Assembly (NCBI GenBank): GCA_963836075.1
Contig: CAWIIB010000001.1
Location: 1-64,000, forward strand
From: an uncultured Acidobacteriota bacterium
GTDB taxonomy: Bacteria > Acidobacteriota > JAQAZP01
DNA length: 64,000 nucleotides
Reading direction: 5' to 3'
The notes beneath the pieces are model-generated. The model was not told the DNA's origin, did no database searches, and worked only from the letters and a program-made list of their open reading frames with translations. This document shows, piece by piece, positions 59,716-64,000 of the stretch. A program made the position numbers and the translations under genes. The number at the start of each line of letters is the position of its first letter. The first letter of the stretch is position 1.

Positions 59716-61946
59716 ATCTGGTGCCTGATGATCTGCGGCATGACCGCGGTGATCTCCGGGTCGAGGTGCGAACCGGCCATGGTGGAGATCTCCTGCAGGG
59801 CTTCGGCAGGGGTCATGGCCGGGCGGTGCGGCCGGTGGGAGGTCAGGGCGTCGAAGATGTCGGCCGCGGCCACGATGCGGGCGGTGACCGGGATGTGGGT
59901 GCCCTTGAGCCCGTCGGGGTACCCCGAGCCGTCGAGCTTTTCGTGGTGGTGCAGCACCACGTCCCGCTCGGTGCGGCCGAAGGGCAGGGCCTGGAGCAGC
60001 TTCCAGCCCAGCGAGGTGTGGCTCTTGATGATTTCCAGGTCAAAGCGGTTGAAGCGGTGCTCCTGGGCCAGCACCTGGGGGTGGATGCCGATCATGCCGA
60101 TGTCGTGCAGCATGGCCGATTGCTCAAGTGCGGTGAGTTCCCTCTCCGGCAGACCGAGGTGCCGGCCGATCTCCAGCGAGTAGGTGGAGACCCGCTGGGC
60201 GTGGCCGTCCCTCCAGGGCAGCTGGACCTCGGCCATCCGGACCAGGGAGAGTGAGGCGAGGCTGATGAAGTCCTGCTGCAGGCTGTCGAAGCGCAGGCCT
60301 TCGGAGATGATCGCCGCGGCGGAATCGATCAGCGGCTTGACCCGGTCCAGGTCGGCCTTGCCAAAGGGATCCAGGCCGTGTTTGCGGTTGGTGTAGTTGA
60401 ACACCCCCAGGACCTGTCCCCGGTTGACCACCGGTACGCAGAGGCATGAGCGGTTGGTGTAGTTGCGGTTGCCCTGCCCGGTGAGCCTGGGGAAATCCCG
60501 CCGCACGTCTTCGGTGAACAGTGGGAGTTTTTCTTCGAGAATGTGGCCCAGCAATCCCTCGTTGGGATCGAGATCCACCTCCGACGGATCCTCGGTCATC
60601 TGCATGCCCCGCGATGCCTGCAGTTTGAGCAGGTTTCTCCGCGGCCCCTGCCGGGTCTGCAGGACCAGCGATCCGCGTTCGGCGCCCAGGCTCTCCATGC
60701 CCACCAGCAGCAGGAGATCGAGCAGCCGGTCGACCTTGAAGGAAGCGTTGGCGGCCAGTTCCATCTTCTCCAGGTCCGGGCGGAAGAGATGCCGCTGCTC
60801 CCGGTGCAGGCGGGATGGCGGCTCGGCAGGACGGGGCGGCAGGGACCCGGAATGAATGCTCCAGAGCCGGCGCTGCTGCTCCAGCAGGGGGGGGCGGAGG
60901 TGTTCCACCACCGAGAGATCCGGCTGCTGGCCGTTGGCCGGCAACGGCATGCTCACCGAGGTGAGCAGGGGCCGGACCGGGGGATCCCCGATCCCCAGTT
61001 CGTGGCGGATGGTCCGGCGCAGCCGGCGGGCCACGCGGCGGGCGTGAGTCCCGCTGGTTTCGGGAAGCAGCACCACCATCTCACCCGTGTCGTAGCGGGC
61101 CACCAGGTCACCGGGACGAAGCCTGCCGGTGAGCTGCTGGTTGAACTGGCGCATCAGGTTCTCGATATCCATGGAGGTATAGGAGAGGACCGCATCGTCG
61201 GGGGGCATCAGCGAGGCCAGCAGCAGCGACACCGGGCTGCCGGAGCGCCGGGCCCGCCCGTGTTCGCGCTTCAGCTCACGGGTCAGGTAGTCGTGCTCGA
61301 TCCGCTTCCACGGGCGGACATCGGCGTCGTCAACCGCCTCGTGGTCGCGCAGCAGCGCGGTGACCGCTTTTTCCGCCTGCTGGCTGAGAATCAGGAAGAG
61401 CCGTACGTCATCGGGGTGGAAAAAATCGGCCTGGCGGCTGAACAGCTGGAGCGCCCCGGCCAGTCTGGTGTCGGTGAAACAAGGTACGGAGAGGAAGGAA
61501 CGGGAGCCGTACTGTTTCAGCGTACCGGAGGTGGCTTCGTCACCGTCGCGGGAGGGCACCAGAAACGAGGCCTCATGGTCCAGGGTCCACTGGAGAAAGT
61601 GATTGCCCGCGGACAGTGCGTCCTCGGGCAACGGCAGATCCTCGAACCCCCGGCTGAAGGCGGCGAGGATCCCCTTGCGGTCGGGGTCCACCAGGTAGAG
61701 CAGGGCTCCGTCGAACCAGCGGATTTCCCGGGCCATATCGAGGAGGATGTTGATCGCCGATTCCGGATCGACGGCCAGACCCGTGATCCGGCTGGTGCGC
61801 AGCAGGACATTGATCTCCTCCAGACGACCGGCGGCGATCTGGGCGGTCACCTCGGGGGGGCTGTCGACGATGTAGCGCTTGATCGAATCGGCGGACAAGG
61901 TCACCTCGATAGGTAGTCTCCCCAGGTACGGAATGACCTCATTCAT
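59712..61946 (-). CDS. GAF / degenerate GGDEF / GAF / HD-GYP c-di-GMP phosphodiesterase
   Basis: LHDIG, HHEKLDGSGYP, ADIFDALTS.RP.R. The GGDEF position reads RYDTGEM. Confidence 0.9.
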   Translation of the reverse strand: MNEVIPYLGRLPIEVTLSADSIKRYIVDSPPEVTAQIAAGRLEEINVLLRTSRITGLAVDPESAINILLDMAREIRWFDGALLYLVDPDRKGILAAFSRGFEDLPLPEDALSAGNHFLQWTLDHEASFLVPSRDGDEATSGTLKQYGSRSFLSVPCFTDTRLAGALQLFSRQADFFHPDDVRLFLILSQQAEKAVTALLRDHEAVDDADVRPWKRIEHDYLTRELKREHGRARRSGSPVSLLLASLMPPDDAVLSYTSMDIENLMRQFNQQLTGRLRPGDLVARYDTGEMVVLLPETSGTHARRVARRLRRTIRHELGIGDPPVRPLLTSVSMPLPANGQQPDLSVVEHLRPPLLEQQRRLWSIHSGSLPPRPAEPPSRLHREQRHLFRPDLEKMELAANASFKVDRLLDLLLLVGMESLGAERGSLVLQTRQGPRRNLLKLQASRGMQMTEDPSEVDLDPNEGLLGHILEEKLPLFTEDVRRDFPRLTGQGNRNYTNRSCLCVPVVNRGQVLGVFNYTNRKHGLDPFGKADLDRVKPLIDSAAAIISEGLRFDSLQQDFISLASLSLVRMAEVQLPWRDGHAQRVSTYSLEIGRHLGLPERELTALEQSAMLHDIGMIGIHPQVLAQEHRFNRFDLEIIKSHTSLGWKLLQALPFGRTERDVVLHHHEKLDGSGYPDGLKGTHIPVTARIVAAADIFDALTSHRPHRPAMTPAEALQEISTMAGSHLDPEITAVMPQIIRHQI

Positions 61947-62095
61947 ACCGAAGAGGGTTCTTCGAAAATCTGTTCGGGGCGGGGCGATTAGAGCGACTCA
62001 CCAATAATATAAGGACTGGGCCGGTGAGTCGTCAAGCCCGCAGGAGTAAGACAGCACCATCACCGACTGGACTGGAGGCGCCGGAAACAGGGGAA

Positions 62096-62335
62096 TCAGC
62101 CGGAGAGCCGCCGGAGGAAGGAGGCCGAGATGAGCATGATCAGACCGCTGGTGAGCAGGGCCAGGGAATCGGAGATCGAACGGCCATTGGAGGCCACGCC
62201 ATCCAGGGCCGGGTCCGGAGTGGAAAAATGACCAAGATCGGTGTTGTAGTTGGGGCCCACCGCTTGCGTACTGAAAAACAGGATCATTAACAAGGCCAAA
62301 AGTGCCAAGATTGTCAGGTGATGTAGCTTATGCAT
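62096..62335 (-). CDS. Small exported protein with C-terminal TM and basic tail
   Basis: 79 aa: signal peptide, about 28-aa linker, ISDSLALLTSGLIMLISASFLRR. Confidence 0.6.
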   Translation of the reverse strand: MHKLHHLTILALLALLMILFFSTQAVGPNYNTDLGHFSTPDPALDGVASNGRSISDSLALLTSGLIMLISASFLRRLSG

Positions 62336-62405
62336 GAAATATTTACCGTTTCAAGAAACCTGTAGGCGAACTCCATAAACGCTTCAAAAATCGAAATGTT
62401 AATTA

Positions 62406-62421
62406 AGCAAATTTTATGCCA
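62406..62421 (-). promoter_or_regulatory. Sigma-54 -24/-12 promoter
   Basis: TGGCATAAAATTTGCT matches TGGCAY-N5-TTGCW, about 70 bp upstream of the 62335 start. Confidence 0.7.
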
Positions 62422-62652
62422 GGTTCTGGGCCATTGAAAATCGCAGGGCCGGTTTTTCGACGGATTCGATCGTGCGTTGCAAATGGCTTACATCGCAGGG
62501 CATAGCGTCTTTCTGGTGTGGCGGATCCGTGCCCCAGGTTGGTCCGGATGGTAACGACGATCGCGATGATGTGAAAGGAGTTTCTTCTAGTGAGAAATAA
62601 GTTTCCGCTGGACGTTTTTTCCAGGGAATCACTACTGAGCGAGTAGACATGT

Positions 62653-63870
62653 TCATTCCCCATCCAGCGGAATACGCACCGTAAAGGCCGTTCCCTCTCC
62701 CGGTTTACTCTCCAGGTCGATGGTGCCGCCGTGGAGCTCCACCAGCTGTTTGACCAGGGACAGGCCGATGCCGATGCCACCGTGCCGGCGCCGGGTGGAG
62801 CCGTCGATCTGGTGAAATATGTCAAAAACGTATTGCTGATTTTCCGCGGGGATGCCGATCCCCGAATCGCAGACTTTGAGGCAGACCATGTCCTCCTGCC
62901 GGAAACTGGCCAGGGTCACCGCCCCGCCCTCCCTGGAAAACTTGATCGCGTTGGCCAGCAGGTTGGTGATGATCTGTTCGATCTTCGACGGGTCGGCGAT
63001 AACCGGCGGCAGGTCCGGATCAAGATCCAGGGAGAGCGAGAGGCCCTTGTGGGAAGCGCTCTCCCGTCCCGCTTCAATCGCCTGCTCGATGCACCCGTTG
63101 AGGTCCGTGGGCATGCGCAATACCTCGGCCTTGCCGGCCACCAGCTGCGAGAGGTCGATCAGGCCCTCCAGCACCCCCTGGAGGCGGGTGGCCTCCTGCC
63201 CGGCCGCGTCAAGACTTTCCATCACCGTCTCCCGGTCCTCGAGGTTCTGGCGAATGATTGACAGGTAGCCCTTCAGCGGCGCCAGGGGAGTGAGGATTTC
63301 ATGGCTCAGGTGGGAAAGGAAGTCGTCCTTCAAACGCATGGAGCGGACCAGCTCCTCGGTCCGCTCCCTGACCCGCTGCTCCAGGCGCTGGTTGCTCTCC
63401 TGGAGCTGGCGCTGATATTCCTGGTTGGACTGGACCAGCCGGCGGTTTCGCACCGCGCGGTTCAGAACGATCCAGAGCTCCCCCAGATTGAGCGGCTTGC
63501 GAATGTAGTCGTAGGCCCCGATCCTGATCGATTCGATGGCGTCTTCCAGGGTGCCGGCGCCGGTGATGATGATCTTCGGCACGTCGGGGTGTTCCTCGTT
63601 GGTCTGACGGATCAGTTCCAGGCCGCTCATTCCGGGCATGGAGAGGTCGGTGATGATGACGTCGAACTGGCTGGTTTTCAGGATCCGAACGGCTTCCTCG
63701 CCGCTCTTGACGGTGGTTGGCCGGTAGCCCTCCATGGTCAACGCCTCGTTGAGCAGCTGGCGGATCACCTCGTCATCGTCCACCACCAGGATCCGGGTTC
63801 CCGACCGTTCCTCGGCGGAGAGGTCCCGCAATGCCGGGGGGCGAGAACCAGGGCTGTCGTCCATTGTCAT
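62653..63870 (-). CDS. Hybrid receiver-histidine kinase
   Basis: ILVVDDD, ITDLSMPG, YIRKP, LSHEILTPL, NLLANAIKF, DSGIGI, GIGIGL. Confidence 0.95.
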   Translation of the reverse strand: MTMDDSPGSRPPALRDLSAEERSGTRILVVDDDEVIRQLLNEALTMEGYRPTTVKSGEEAVRILKTSQFDVIITDLSMPGMSGLELIRQTNEEHPDVPKIIITGAGTLEDAIESIRIGAYDYIRKPLNLGELWIVLNRAVRNRRLVQSNQEYQRQLQESNQRLEQRVRERTEELVRSMRLKDDFLSHLSHEILTPLAPLKGYLSIIRQNLEDRETVMESLDAAGQEATRLQGVLEGLIDLSQLVAGKAEVLRMPTDLNGCIEQAIEAGRESASHKGLSLSLDLDPDLPPVIADPSKIEQIITNLLANAIKFSREGGAVTLASFRQEDMVCLKVCDSGIGIPAENQQYVFDIFHQIDGSTRRRHGGIGIGLSLVKQLVELHGGTIDLESKPGEGTAFTVRIPLDGE

Positions 63871-64000
63871 TTCGATTCCCGTGAACAGTGCGGAATATGA
63901 AGCGGCCAGGGTCAACGGAACCACTCTGCTGAATATAGCGAATCATCCGTAGCGGCGTCAAACCGCCGGCGCCTCTTTTGCTCCGCAAGGGCGCTGGGGC

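Noticed and set aside
60543-61916. Long plus-strand ORF (also 26572-27579, 43142-44149, 49832-50635)
   Set aside because: These are antisense shadows of well-supported GC-rich genes.

Overview
A 64-kb, IS-riddled accessory region of a GC-rich bacterium, dominated by surface-polysaccharide biosynthesis and modification genes: wecB, a UDP-GlcNAc dehydrogenase/epimerase pair, GT2 and GT4 glycosyltransferases, a deacetylase, PaaK/CapK-like ligases, GNATs, hexapeptide acyltransferases, an AsnB-like amidotransferase with a class III aminotransferase, and a methyltransferase-kinase fusion. These are interleaved with secreted-protein genes and many whole or partial mobile elements (IS3, IS4, IS5, IS630, IS91-like, IS110/IS1111, IS1380, ISL3) plus a class A group II intron inside an IS3 transposase. 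Many genes carry single-base frameshifts, probably long-read errors, so gene coordinates are reconstructed and approximate. Highlights: (1) a Dlt-like five-gene operon (MBOAT, SGNH-like protein, carrier protein, atypical-SerRS-like amino acid:carrier-protein ligase, GNAT), a candidate undescribed route for aminoacylating a surface glycan; (2) an IS630 element split without base loss by 8.7 kb of cargo, with its ends and TA duplication still intact inside a small gene; (3) within that cargo, tandem secreted-protein modules separated by a conserved ~350-bp palindrome-rich element that retains an orphan gene tail; (4) an IS1111-like element inserted at the end of an IS91-like element, with a circle-junction promoter and a 9-nt target match in its non-coding end. 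No rRNA, tRNA or CRISPR array was seen.
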